The notes under the pieces were generated by a model, which saw nothing but the letters and a program-made list of their open reading frames with translations, did no database searches and had not been told where the DNA came from. Of a DNA stretch of 63,253 nt, positions 10,202 to 21,300 are shown piece by piece. Each line of letters begins with the position of its first letter. The stretch's first letter is position 1. The stretch comes from Thermoplasmata archaeon (lineage in GTDB: Archaea; Thermoplasmatota; Thermoplasmata; Thermoplasmatales; ARK-15). The DNA lies in contig JAVZSA010000002.1 in assembly GCA_038880255.1 (NCBI GenBank), positions 1-63,253 on the forward strand, given 5' to 3'. Made by a program: the position numbers and the translations under genes.

Positions 10202-12961
10202 ATGAGTATTGAAAAGGCAAAAATTAGGTCGGCATTACCTTTTAACGTCCCATATAAAAAGGAAGATATATATTCATTATCCTTTTCTGATTTTATAGCA
10301 AAAATAAATGAAACTTATAATTCCATAGTCCCATTAAAACCTTCAACGCCTTCTAAAATAACTACTGATAAAATGGTAATACCGATGGATCCTATTTTAC
10401 CAATATTTCTAAAAAGGCCTGTAGTTAATTTTAATCAAATTTTACAGGATATTTCAAAGTTCACAAATCCTTTTTTAATTCCTTCCGGAGATCCTGATTC
10501 CATTTGGTCTCTTGATGTTATTTTTGAAAAATTGTTCAAAAGCAATTCCATAAATATAATTAAAAAATCGGTTTATTATTGTGATTTTTGTGGTACACAA
10601 CTTTCCAATAGGGATATTCATTTTGAAAAAGGTGAATTAAAAAAATTATATGCTAAAATAAAAATTTCTGAAAACACATATTTTATTTTTGAAGGACCTG
10701 AGGAAGTGGTATTACATCTTGATGGTATAAATATAAATCCTGATAGTATATTTATTTTACAAAATTTAGGAGAAGAAAAATGGATAATAGAAAAAAATGT
10801 TTTCGAAAGATTAAAGGAAAAAACTATTATTTTTCCATCTAAAATGGAAGAGAAAAAGGGTAAAGAGATTGTTGATGAATTTAAAATTGTCAAGGCCACA
10901 TTTATTCAGGAAATGCCAACTAAGTTTTTATCATCGGATATAAGTGATAATGATGCTATTATCATAGGCGAAGATGGAAAAAAAATACCTGTTGAGATTA
11001 TTGATCATGAATCTATTGAGGGAAATGTTCCTCATTGCAATTATTGCAATAAAAAGGTGACAAAAAAGAGGTTAAAAGGGGTATATCTAAAATTTAATAA
11101 CTTGAATTTTAGTATATTTCCAAAAAATTTTATAAGAATAAATGAAAAGAATATTTTAATTTCAAAGGATTTTAAAAATTTTCCTAAACTCCCTATAGTA
11201 GAATGCGATAAATGTGGAAGATTTGAATATGGCCAAAATGAAAAATCATGTATATGCGGTGGATTGATGACAAAAAAATACTCCTATGATCCCTCAATTT
11301 TACCATTAGGTGTTTACACAATGGTACAATCATATAAAAATAAGGGTATTTTAAATCATAAAGAGTTTAAGCATAGATTTCTTATGCTTGCTTTTATGTC
11401 TGAATTAAAGGCAAATTTTTTTTCTGATATATTTATTTATTATACCGATTTGAAGAATTATGATAATTTTTCAAATGAGGATCCTGAGGTAATAAGATTA
11501 TCATTCATATGTAAAAAAAATGGGAAATTCCACGAGAGTGATGTTAGGAGATTTAAAAAATTAAAAAATATGTTTGTTAACATTATTTCTTATAGTGAGA
11601 TTCATGGAGTTAGGGATGTTGAAAATATAATTGATCTGTGGATTTTTTCAGAATTGGAAAAATTTAAAGAGGAAATATTAAATTTCCTTGAAAATTACAA
11701 TTTCGGAGCCATTATAAGGAATTATGAATTTTTAATTTATAAATTTTCTAGAGATTACTTGCAAATGTTAAGAAAAAATAAAATTAATTCACAGGCATTT
11801 AATGAACTTCTAATATTATCTTACCCATTCTTTCCAAATTCCACAAAAAAATTCGCAAATAAATTTGGTATTGATCTTAATGATTTTAAAATAGGTAAAT
11901 TTTCCATAAATCAAACAATTGAAAAATTGGAAATGCAATTAAAGATGGGAAAAAGGGAAATATTGAAAATTAAAAGAAATAAGGAATTACCGGAATCAAT
12001 TCCTTTAAAAAAATTAATTATTGAAGTGGATTTTAAATATATTCCATTATTAATAAATATTAAACAGGAATTGATGAAATATTTTAACGCTTTTAATATT
12101 GAGATTACAGAAAAATGGCAAGGTCTTGAATATAGAGCTAAATTAAATAAAGATAAACTAGGAGAAATATACAAACCTCTCGCAAATATAATAGAAAATG
12201 TTCTTAGTAAAATTGATGCAAAAAAATTAAAAGAAGAAATCCAAAAGCATAATTATGAAATAGGTGTTGAAGGTAATTTAATCATTATCACACCTCAAAT
12301 GGTGGACTTCGTTTATGAATTACCGAAAAATTTTGAAATGATAGATTTAACAAATATTAAATTATTTGTAAATTTTGAAAAAGATGAGGAAATTATTAAT
12401 TTTGACATTGTAAAGAGATTATCAAGAAATATTTCATGGATGAGGAAAAAGGCTGGAATAGAGTATGATGATTTTATTGATGTTTCAATTTCAAATTCAA
12501 CACTAATAAAGAATAGTTTAAAGGGTTATATTCAAAAATTTAAGGAAAATTTAAAAATAAGAAACATCAATTTTTCTGATAGGATAACAGAATCTTTGAT
12601 TTTGACATTTAATAACATTGTTGAGGGTGAAATAGAAATTGGGATATCCCCCGTTTATAGAAAGTATAAAATTAAAGCAATTTCAAAACTTCCTGGACTT
12701 ACAAATGAAGATGCTGAAAATATATATAATGCTGGCTTTACAACAATAGATGAAATTAGAAAAAAAGATCCAAAACTAATTTCTGAAAAATCAAATGTAC
12801 CTTTATCAAAAATAAAAATAATAAAAGATTATTTAAATAATATTTTAAGCTTTAAGGTTTTGATCATAAAAGAAAAGTATTATTGTCCTATGTGTGAATC
12901 CGAACTAAATAGTATGGAAAAAAATTGCCCAAAATGTCAAGTTACTCTGGATTGGTCTTAA
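10202..12961 (+). CDS. class Ia aminoacyl-tRNA synthetase (IleRS)-like protein lacking HIGH/KMSKS, with C-terminal HhH and zinc ribbon
   Basis: 919 aa. Cys knuckles YYCDFCGTQLS, PHCNYCNKK, VECDKCG..CICGG. Anticodon-domain-like DLWIFSELEKF...FSRDYLQMLR and LSYPFFPNS. IleRS-like C-terminal extension. Then LPGLTNEDAENIYNAGFTTIDEI and CPMC..CPKC. See finding. Confidence 0.5.
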   Translation: MSIEKAKIRSALPFNVPYKKEDIYSLSFSDFIAKINETYNSIVPLKPSTPSKITTDKMVIPMDPILPIFLKRPVVNFNQILQDISKFTNPFLIPSGDPDSIWSLDVIFEKLFKSNSINIIKKSVYYCDFCGTQLSNRDIHFEKGELKKLYAKIKISENTYFIFEGPEEVVLHLDGININPDSIFILQNLGEEKWIIEKNVFERLKEKTIIFPSKMEEKKGKEIVDEFKIVKATFIQEMPTKFLSSDISDNDAIIIGEDGKKIPVEIIDHESIEGNVPHCNYCNKKVTKKRLKGVYLKFNNLNFSIFPKNFIRINEKNILISKDFKNFPKLPIVECDKCGRFEYGQNEKSCICGGLMTKKYSYDPSILPLGVYTMVQSYKNKGILNHKEFKHRFLMLAFMSELKANFFSDIFIYYTDLKNYDNFSNEDPEVIRLSFICKKNGKFHESDVRRFKKLKNMFVNIISYSEIHGVRDVENIIDLWIFSELEKFKEEILNFLENYNFGAIIRNYEFLIYKFSRDYLQMLRKNKINSQAFNELLILSYPFFPNSTKKFANKFGIDLNDFKIGKFSINQTIEKLEMQLKMGKREILKIKRNKELPESIPLKKLIIEVDFKYIPLLINIKQELMKYFNAFNIEITEKWQGLEYRAKLNKDKLGEIYKPLANIIENVLSKIDAKKLKEEIQKHNYEIGVEGNLIIITPQMVDFVYELPKNFEMIDLTNIKLFVNFEKDEEIINFDIVKRLSRNISWMRKKAGIEYDDFIDVSISNSTLIKNSLKGYIQKFKENLKIRNINFSDRITESLILTFNNIVEGEIEIGISPVYRKYKIKAISKLPGLTNEDAENIYNAGFTTIDEIRKKDPKLISEKSNVPLSKIKIIKDYLNNILSFKVLIIKEKYYCPMCESELNSMEKNCPKCQVTLDWS

Positions 12962-13587
12962 CCATACTTTAATGCCCTTATATTTTCTTCCATATTACCA
13001 AGAAATATTCCAGTGGCTGCACAAACTATATCCACATAATCTCTAATAAATTTTATTGTATCTTTGTTTATTCCACCATCAACGGCTATTTCAAAATTGT
13101 AATTGTTATCTTCTTTAATTTTTTTTAATTGTACGATTTTTGGGATCATATCCTTTATAAACTGCTGTCCAGAAAATCCTGGATGAACTGTCATGATAAG
13201 AACAAGATCAACCATATTTAAATATTCTTTTATTCCAGAAAGCTCTGTTTCTGGATTTACAGCAATACCTTTTTTGGCATTTTTAATTTTTTTCAAAGAT
13301 TCTAAAAAATTTTCAGATTCCACATGGACAGTTATAATATCCGCACCAGAATTTTCGAACCTTTCAACATAAAGATCAGGTCTTTTTATCATCAAATGAG
13401 CTTCAATCTGTTTATTAGAAATTTTTTTGAGATTTTTTATAAAATCTGGACCAACTGTAATATTTGGAACAAAATTTCCATCCATTACATCCACATGATA
13501 TAAATCTATACCATATTTTTCAATTTCTTTAACTGTTTCCCTTAAACAAGTTAAATCAAAAGATACTATTGATGCAGCTAATTTCAT
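12958..13587 (-). CDS. rpe: ribulose-phosphate 3-epimerase
   Basis: 209 aa. HVDVMDGNFVPNITVGP, HLMI, VHPGFSGQ, VDGGI. Confidence 0.9.
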   Translation of the reverse strand: MKLAASIVSFDLTCLRETVKEIEKYGIDLYHVDVMDGNFVPNITVGPDFIKNLKKISNKQIEAHLMIKRPDLYVERFENSGADIITVHVESENFLESLKKIKNAKKGIAVNPETELSGIKEYLNMVDLVLIMTVHPGFSGQQFIKDMIPKIVQLKKIKEDNNYNFEIAVDGGINKDTIKFIRDYVDIVCAATGIFLGNMEENIRALKYG

Positions 13588-13804
13588 AAATTGGAATAAA
13601 AATACAACATTAGAAATTTTTTTATATTTTTAAATTAAAATAAAAAATATCTTAATATAATATCGTATTTGATCCGATAAAAGATTAATTTTATGTTGAT
13701 TTTTTAAAAATAATTTTATTATTTATATAATTTAAATTTTAATTCATTTTATTGAGATATAAAATTAGAAAATTTAAAATCAGTATTCTATTATATACTA
13801 TCTG

Positions 13805-15703
13805 TTGATAAACTTTAAAAAGTATAAAAATTTAAGATCATACGTTTTACTTATTGTAATTACACTACTTGGCATTTTACTTCGAATTTTACCTTCCTAC
13901 AGGTATTCAATATGGGGTGTAGACTTTGGTATATATTATGCTCTTACTACAGCTTTTGTAAATCTTGGCCTTATTTTTAATTCATTACCATCAATATGGG
14001 GTAGTTCAGGATATGGAAATTTTCCAATGTTCTATTGGACAATGGTATTAATACATGATCTAACAGGTTTTAGTGTAAATATGCTTCTTCTTAGGGTACC
14101 TCCAATATTTGCTGGATTTACAATTCCTATCATATATTTTATATCTAAAAAGATTACAAAATCAGATGCTATAGGCATTTTATCAGCTCTTTTTCTTGCC
14201 ATAAATCCACTTGAGATATTTGAAACTTCAATGGTGGGTCTTCTTGTTTTTGGCCATTTGTTTTTATTACTTTCGATCTTATTATTTTTATATTCAAGAG
14301 ATAATATAAAGTTTTATTTTCCATTAATATTCTCTTCAATTGCATTGATATTTTCACACCATTTAAGTACCTATATGTATATTTTGTCGATTTTTGGAAT
14401 AATTTATATAACAAAAATTGTAAATAATTCCTACAAAAATTACTATTTGGAAATTATATATTTAATAACATTTATATCTGGTACATTTGCCTATTGGTTC
14501 ATTAAAGTACCTTCAATGTACGCATTTATGGAACAAGCCTTTCTGGGGATTTTTCCTTGGTATATAGTTGTTATGATTTTTTACATTCTTGTATTTTTAC
14601 TATTTTTTATGTCAAAGTATATTAGGAAAATTGTAGAAAAAATTTCTATTAAAGAGATAGAAATGAAAGATTCTTTTACTTTCTTTCTTACATTATTTTT
14701 AGTATTTACAATTTTTATATTACTTGCTACAATTGGGATTAAAGGTATAAAAATTACATATTTAGGCTTAGTTTATTCAATTCCTTTTATTTTAACTATT
14801 GGTTTAATCGGAATAGGTATAAACAGAATTAAAAAATATTATAATGCAAAAATAATAATTTTAGGATGGATTTTCTTTCTTTCCATTTCTCTTCTATATT
14901 CCACAATTACATGGAATGGTGTTCTCATACCTTATAGATACCTTGAATATCTCTTTGAACCCTTTTCAATATTAGCAGGTATAGGATTTTATGAAATATA
15001 CAATTATAAAACAACACATCAACCTAAAGATGAAAGAAAATATTATTATTTACCACCTGAAAGTTTTATAAAAGCACCAGTGATTAGTCAAGAAATAAGA
15101 ACTTCTGCCCCAATGATGTTCTTTAATGAAAGAAATTTCAAAAAACTTGTACAAGTTGAAAATACAGATTTAAAATCAATTTTTCTAATATTTTTAATAA
15201 TATTTGTTATGATTTCATTAGTCACTGCATATCCATTTATAAATCAGGTAAGTGAAGTATCCCAAAACTATGTAACACCAGTAATGATGAGTGGAATATA
15301 TTGGATAGAAAAAAATGGAAATAAAAATTACAGTGTTGCAACAGATGCTGTCGATGGTCTTTACTTAGAGGCCCTGGGGTTTAATTCTAGTTTTGAATAT
15401 ACTTATTACTTATGGAATTCATCAAACTGGAAGGATGCAATTTATGAATTAAATGGTTTTAATGGAACTTATCCCAAAATAGGATATGTCCTTATAAATT
15501 CAAATATGTACTATAATGGTGTATATGGATATGAACTATCCACACATCCCTCCTATGATCCACCAATTTATATATCAAATTCCTCATTCGAAAAATTTTT
15601 TTCAGAACCATTCGAAAAGGTTTATTATAATAGTACTTATGATAATTCCCAATGGGTATATGTGTTTATAGTAAATTGGACCTATATTGAGAAAAATGGA
15701 TAA
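13805..15703 (+). CDS. GT-C fold glycosyltransferase-like polytopic membrane protein (PMT/ArnT/AglB-like architecture)
   Basis: 632 aa. About 12 or more hydrophobic helices, then a soluble Asn/Tyr-rich C-domain with several N-x-S/T sequons. Begins at TTG, with no in-frame ATG near the N-terminus. Confidence 0.55.
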   Translation: MINFKKYKNLRSYVLLIVITLLGILLRILPSYRYSIWGVDFGIYYALTTAFVNLGLIFNSLPSIWGSSGYGNFPMFYWTMVLIHDLTGFSVNMLLLRVPPIFAGFTIPIIYFISKKITKSDAIGILSALFLAINPLEIFETSMVGLLVFGHLFLLLSILLFLYSRDNIKFYFPLIFSSIALIFSHHLSTYMYILSIFGIIYITKIVNNSYKNYYLEIIYLITFISGTFAYWFIKVPSMYAFMEQAFLGIFPWYIVVMIFYILVFLLFFMSKYIRKIVEKISIKEIEMKDSFTFFLTLFLVFTIFILLATIGIKGIKITYLGLVYSIPFILTIGLIGIGINRIKKYYNAKIIILGWIFFLSISLLYSTITWNGVLIPYRYLEYLFEPFSILAGIGFYEIYNYKTTHQPKDERKYYYLPPESFIKAPVISQEIRTSAPMMFFNERNFKKLVQVENTDLKSIFLIFLIIFVMISLVTAYPFINQVSEVSQNYVTPVMMSGIYWIEKNGNKNYSVATDAVDGLYLEALGFNSSFEYTYYLWNSSNWKDAIYELNGFNGTYPKIGYVLINSNMYYNGVYGYELSTHPSYDPPIYISNSSFEKFFSEPFEKVYYNSTYDNSQWVYVFIVNWTYIEKNG

Positions 15704-15734
15704 AAATTTATTTGTGAATTCTAATTCTTGATTT

Positions 15735-16955
15735 ATGGCATCAAAATTGGATGGAGAACAAAAAATTTACTGGGCTGAAAGTAGAATGGGAATTATTTCT
15801 TCTATAAGAGAAAGATTTAGAATTGAAAAACCTTTGAAAGGAATAAGAGTGGGAATGGCTTTGCACCTTGAGGCAAAAACAGCTGTACTTGCAAAAGTAC
15901 TTAAAGAAGGAGGTGCTGATGTTTATATAACTTCGTGCAACCCTCTTACGACAGATGATGATGTTGCTCTAAAGTTATCGGAGGAAATGAAGGTATTTGG
16001 GAAGAGAGGGCAAACAAAAACGGAGTATTATGAAAGTCTTAACAAAGTTCTTGATGCAAATCCGCATATAATAATCGATGATGGTGGAGATCTTACCACA
16101 CTTCTCCATACTGAAAGGGATATGGAAATTTTAGGAGGAAATGAAGAAACAACCACAGGGGTATTAAGATTGAAAATGATGGAAAAACAAGGTGTGTTGA
16201 AATTTCCAATGTTCGATGTAAATGATGCTGACATGAAGCACCTTTTTGATAATAGATATGGAACTGGGCAGAGTACTATCGATGGTATTATGAATGCTAC
16301 TAATATATTAATTGCAGGAAAAAATGTTATTGTTGCAGGATATGGATGGTGTGGAAGAGGAATTGCAATGAGAATTAGAGGAATGGGTGGTAAAGTGACT
16401 GTTACAGAAATAGATGATATAAAGGCCATAGAAGCATATATGGATGGTTTTAATGTAGATAGGATGGATAATGCAATAAGAAATGCTGATATTGTAATTA
16501 CAGCTACTGGTGTAAAAGATGTGGTAAGGAAAGAACATTTTTTAAAAGCTAAAAACGGTTGCATTTTTGCAAATTCTGGACATTTTGATGTTGAGATAAA
16601 TAAAAATGATCTGGCGTCATTATCTGTTAATACAAGGAAAGTAAGAAAATACGTTGATGAATATACACTTACAGATGGAAGGAAGCTCTATCTCCTCGGT
16701 GAGGGTAGATTAATAAATTTAGTTGGTGGTCAGGGTCATCCTATAGAAATTATGGATCTCTCATTTTCTATTCAGGCACTTACTGCAGAATTTATAATAA
16801 AAAATCATAATAAACTGGAAAAAAAGGTATACCCTGTTCCCAGTGAAATAGATCATAATGTTGCAAAAATTGCCTTGAAAAATTTTGGTATTGAAAAGGA
16901 CGAACTTACAGATGAACAAATTGAATATATAAGATCATGGAATGTGGGAACATGA
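15735..16955 (+). CDS. ahcY: adenosylhomocysteinase
   Basis: 406 aa. HLEAKTA, SCNPLTTDD, DDGGD, NAD motif AGYGWCGRG, NSGHFDVEI. Confidence 0.9.
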   Translation: MASKLDGEQKIYWAESRMGIISSIRERFRIEKPLKGIRVGMALHLEAKTAVLAKVLKEGGADVYITSCNPLTTDDDVALKLSEEMKVFGKRGQTKTEYYESLNKVLDANPHIIIDDGGDLTTLLHTERDMEILGGNEETTTGVLRLKMMEKQGVLKFPMFDVNDADMKHLFDNRYGTGQSTIDGIMNATNILIAGKNVIVAGYGWCGRGIAMRIRGMGGKVTVTEIDDIKAIEAYMDGFNVDRMDNAIRNADIVITATGVKDVVRKEHFLKAKNGCIFANSGHFDVEINKNDLASLSVNTRKVRKYVDEYTLTDGRKLYLLGEGRLINLVGGQGHPIEIMDLSFSIQALTAEFIIKNHNKLEKKVYPVPSEIDHNVAKIALKNFGIEKDELTDEQIEYIRSWNVGT

Positions 16956-17581
16956 TTTTCCTGGTGCTTAGTGATATTCATTCACAAATTACGCACTATT
17001 TTATTGAGGAACTTGCATCCAAACACAATGCTGATGCAGTAATACTTTTGGGTGACTTAACCAATTTTGGACCCCCAGAATTTATACTTAATTTAATGGT
17101 AAAAGATTTGCCTGTATTAGCTATACCTGGCAATTGTGATCCGCCAGCAGTATTAAATTATTTTGAAAAAGCGAAAATGATAAATATGCACAAAAGAGTT
17201 TATAATTTTTCAGGAATAAAAATTGTTGGATTAGGTGGTGCTGACTATAGTTTCATAAATCTAGGTATTGGTTATACGGATGAGATCGCCTATGATTTTC
17301 TTCATACAAATCTTGATGAAAAATCAATTCTAATACTTCATCAACCACCGTATGGTATACTTGACAATGTTCATGGAAAACATGCAGGTAATAAAGGTAT
17401 TAGAAAGGCAGTGGATGAAAAAAGACCATATATTGTTATGTCCGGTCATATTCATGAAGAGAGAGGTAAATTGACAATTGAAAATAGACTGTTTTTTAAT
17501 CCAGGACCTGCAAAGGACGGATATTTTGCAATACTCAAATTAGATGATGACAAAATAAATTTGGATCTTTTAAAAAGATAG
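16952..17581 (+). CDS. calcineurin-like metallophosphoesterase
   Basis: MIFLVLSDIHS, GDLTNFG, GNCD, SGHIHE. ATG 16952 overlaps the ahcY stop (ATGA). Confidence 0.75.
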   Translation: MIFLVLSDIHSQITHYFIEELASKHNADAVILLGDLTNFGPPEFILNLMVKDLPVLAIPGNCDPPAVLNYFEKAKMINMHKRVYNFSGIKIVGLGGADYSFINLGIGYTDEIAYDFLHTNLDEKSILILHQPPYGILDNVHGKHAGNKGIRKAVDEKRPYIVMSGHIHEERGKLTIENRLFFNPGPAKDGYFAILKLDDDKINLDLLKR

Positions 17582-17583
17582 TT

Positions 17584-18348
17584 TTATCTTTTTTCCAAAT
17601 CTTCACCACCAAAATATGACAATTGAATGTTAGAATAAACATCTTCCATACCTTTTAAATCCTTGGATGAAACAAATACAGGTTTAAAATTTATTCCGAG
17701 TGATTCCATTGCCTTAAACATTTCCAATGCATACTCTTTAACTATTCCTTCCTTTTCCTCCCTTAATTCTTCATAAAGATTTTCAATATTTTCCACCCTA
17801 AATCTCAAAGCATTTATATCATATTCTCCCAATAGATCAATTTTATTAATTATGTTTAAATAGGGTATATAAAACCTAAAATAAACTGATGCTGAAAGTA
17901 TTGCCAATGATACATATCCTGATGGTGAAATGGCAAGCATTGGATCCATTAAAAACAACATAAAACTTTCTTTTTCAGAAAGACTTTTTACAATTATATT
18001 TCCTGATGTTCTAAATGAAAATAACTCCATTTGACCAGGTGTGTCAATAATTACATAATCAGCATCAATAGAATCTATTTCATTTTTTATTTCATCAATT
18101 TTTGAAGCTATTAGATCAGATGCAAGTATTTGTGCACCGTTTGGTCCAAGGGAAAATTCTTCCATGACATCCTGCAATTGAATCCAATCTCTAACATCCA
18201 CATCAGGCTGGTATGGTATTTTTTCCGCTCCTGGATCAAAATTTACTGATATGGCGTAATAGTCATTATTTAACATCCATTCCTTAAAAGCAGATGTAAA
18301 TGTGGATTTACCTACGCCAGCAGGTCCTACAACATAAATATAAATCAT
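17584..18348 (-). CDS. GPN-loop GTPase
   Basis: 254 aa. Walker A GPAGVGKST, the GPN motif LGPNGA, DTPGQME. ATGA overlap with the upstream PolD gene. Confidence 0.8.
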   Translation of the reverse strand: MIYIYVVGPAGVGKSTFTSAFKEWMLNNDYYAISVNFDPGAEKIPYQPDVDVRDWIQLQDVMEEFSLGPNGAQILASDLIASKIDEIKNEIDSIDADYVIIDTPGQMELFSFRTSGNIIVKSLSEKESFMLFLMDPMLAISPSGYVSLAILSASVYFRFYIPYLNIINKIDLLGEYDINALRFRVENIENLYEELREEKEGIVKEYALEMFKAMESLGINFKPVFVSSKDLKGMEDVYSNIQLSYFGGEDLEKR

Positions 18349-21300
18349 ATAAAATCCTCCAATTTTTTTCCATTTGATTTTTGCTTTTCCTCAACAAATA
18401 ATGTTCTTATAGCTTCTTCAGCAAAAAGTAGTCTCTGTTTTGTATATCTACTTATTTTATATTTTTCAGAGATTTCCTTTGCCATATCTAGGTATTTTGT
18501 GATACCTCCTTCCGATATTGTTAATATAATATTTCCACCGCATTCACATTTACCACTTAACGTTATCCTTCTATATTTTCTATTACATTTAGAACATCTA
18601 AATTCTTGAGTACCATACTTTCGCATATTTCCCATTATATCAGGAATAAAATGATGTGAAACTATCCTATTTGCTACATCTATTTCATTAACAGCCCTTA
18701 ATTTTTCGGCAAGTATTAGTTGTGCATACGTTTTATTTTGCATTTCACCCAAAGTTTTATAAGCACTTTCATTGACCCCTACATTTATGTTTTCAGTATC
18801 GTTTGTAAAACCATAATTTGAATAAACATTTTCATTACCTAATCTATTCTTAATTATTTCCATAATTGATGATATCTCAGCAGGTTTTGCACCTCTTATA
18901 GTACTTTCATAGAATTCCAAGGGATATTTGTACATGATATCAACATTCAATGCCTCTTTATCAATTTCCTTTGGATCAACACGAATAGAAAGGAAAAGAG
19001 GAGCATCCATTAAGCCTCCCCTTGAAGAAGGAAGAAAATGCCTAGAAAAGTTTATTAAAGCATCGAGAACGAGCATAACAGAATCCTCATCCCCATCACA
19101 ATTTCTCCTTTTAGCAGCGTGATAAAATGGATGAGCAAAACAGGCTTGTGCATCTGTAAATCCTATAATACGGGCTAAAATGGCGCCGGAAGTATGTGGT
19201 GATAGCCCCATAACAAGATGACCAATCATATCCTCCACACTTTTAGCCTTATAATATGGCTCTAGACCATAATATCTTTCTAAAAGATCATCTATAAACT
19301 TGGATACATTAAATAAATACTCTGCTCCTTTTTTAGAAATTATAATGTCTTGAGGTAATAACTGTAAAATTTGATTTGGATCTTTAAGTTCATTTCCATA
19401 AATATCACTCTTATATCCAAATTCCCTTGCCTTCTCTATGCTTAATCCTACTTCATTCGGTCTAAAATGTGTAATTGCTAAATTACTCATATCAAATCTA
19501 GAAGTCCCATCCTTAAATACCCAAACACCATGTTTTGCTCTTAAAATACCTTTTTCAAGTGGTTCTGGAAGACTTTCCTTTGAAATAAGCCCTTTCACAC
19601 CCTTTACATCAAAATTATTCTCTTCTATACCTAGATTTTCAAAGGCATTTTTGAACTCTTCTATTATGGGAATTTCTAAAACCTCATTTTTACCAGAATA
19701 ATATGTTCTTGTATTACACCTTTCACATTTCACTTTATATGTTTTCGTTTTGCATTTTGGACAAATTCTTATCCCAACATTTACTTGAACTTTTTCAGAT
19801 GAATTTTCTTTAAGTAATGTGATAGACCTCCTTTTTCCTATTGTCTCCCCAATTGGAAAAAGGACATTTACAGGAGGACGCATCTTCCTTTCAGCAGCCT
19901 TTTCAGGTCTGCCCATTCTTGCACCAACCCTCGTTGGAGCTCTTGGATAAATATTGATTCCAGAAATTTTTTTAATAAAATCTATGGTATCTGTAGCATC
20001 ATTAATTTCCTTTTTTGATTCAATAATTTTCCCATTTTTATATTCAAGTCCCAGCAAAAATAATATAGATTCCCCATATTTTTCAATTATATAAAAATCC
20101 CTTTCTTTATGAAGTGCACCAAGTGAGCATAAAATTTCCTTAATTGTAGCATCTTTCTCAATATATAGGTAACCATTTTCAAAGTGACCTTTATGGATCA
20201 AATGATTTCTCAGCTTTTTTAATTCATCCAAAGATATATCATGCCAGAATAGATTGTAATCCGGATGTAATGGAATATCATACTTTAATGATAATTTTAA
20301 ATAATTTTCAAAATTTTCATTTTCAACATTTTCTATTCCTTTACTTTTTGCAATTTCAAGCCACCAATCTTTAGTAAATGCACCCCTTTTCAATGGATAA
20401 TTATTTTCTAAAAACTCCCCAAATGGTATTAAAATTTCTCCATTATCATAAATTTTTTTAACTTTATCCTTAAGTTTAATTGCCTCTTTATAATCATTTA
20501 TTTGGACTAAATCTCCATTCTCTAACAAGACAATAGGACCCTCAATACTATCGCAAGATGTTATACCAGCAGCTTTACCAGGAAATTCAAGTTTTAGCTG
20601 TGTTCCTATGGCTATAAAATTGTCCATGAGTACCATAGATGCTGGATTAATGGATACCGTTGCTAGGCCTCCAGTACGGCATCTACCATATCTAAGTCTA
20701 AAGCCTCCTTTCATTTCAGAATGTGAAAAAACTGGTCTACCTGCTACAAGATCTTCTATATATCTTTCAGACGCTTCACTCGAATTTTCACCATTTTCTT
20801 CTTTTATTAATTTTTCTAAAAATTCCCAACCACCAATGTTCATCTTTTCAACAATACCTTTCAATTTCCTTGCTTTCTGTATTATACCTTCTGCCACTAC
20901 AAGGCACATACCACCCCTTACCCTATTTGTTTCCACCTCAGGAAGATCCCTAAAACCAGAAACTTCAGATTCCAATGTACCTTCCCCGTCTATACACACT
21001 GGACAATTTCTTACAGTTATTTCTATTTCCTCTGGTGTTGGTTGGTACTGTAAATGTTCCAAATTGCCATAAATCTGAATTTCTTCCTTATATCTTTCAA
21101 TAATTTCATCAGTGGGTTTAAAATTACCTATTCCCAGATCCTTTCTTACCAAATCACCTATCAAAACACTTAATGCCTGAGCAGTTCCTCCAGCACCTCT
21201 AATTGGTCCAGAATAATATATTGATAAATATTCTGTATTATCTCTGTTCTTTTTCAATTTAATTTCAGTAATACCTTCCAATGGAGCTACAAGTATACCC

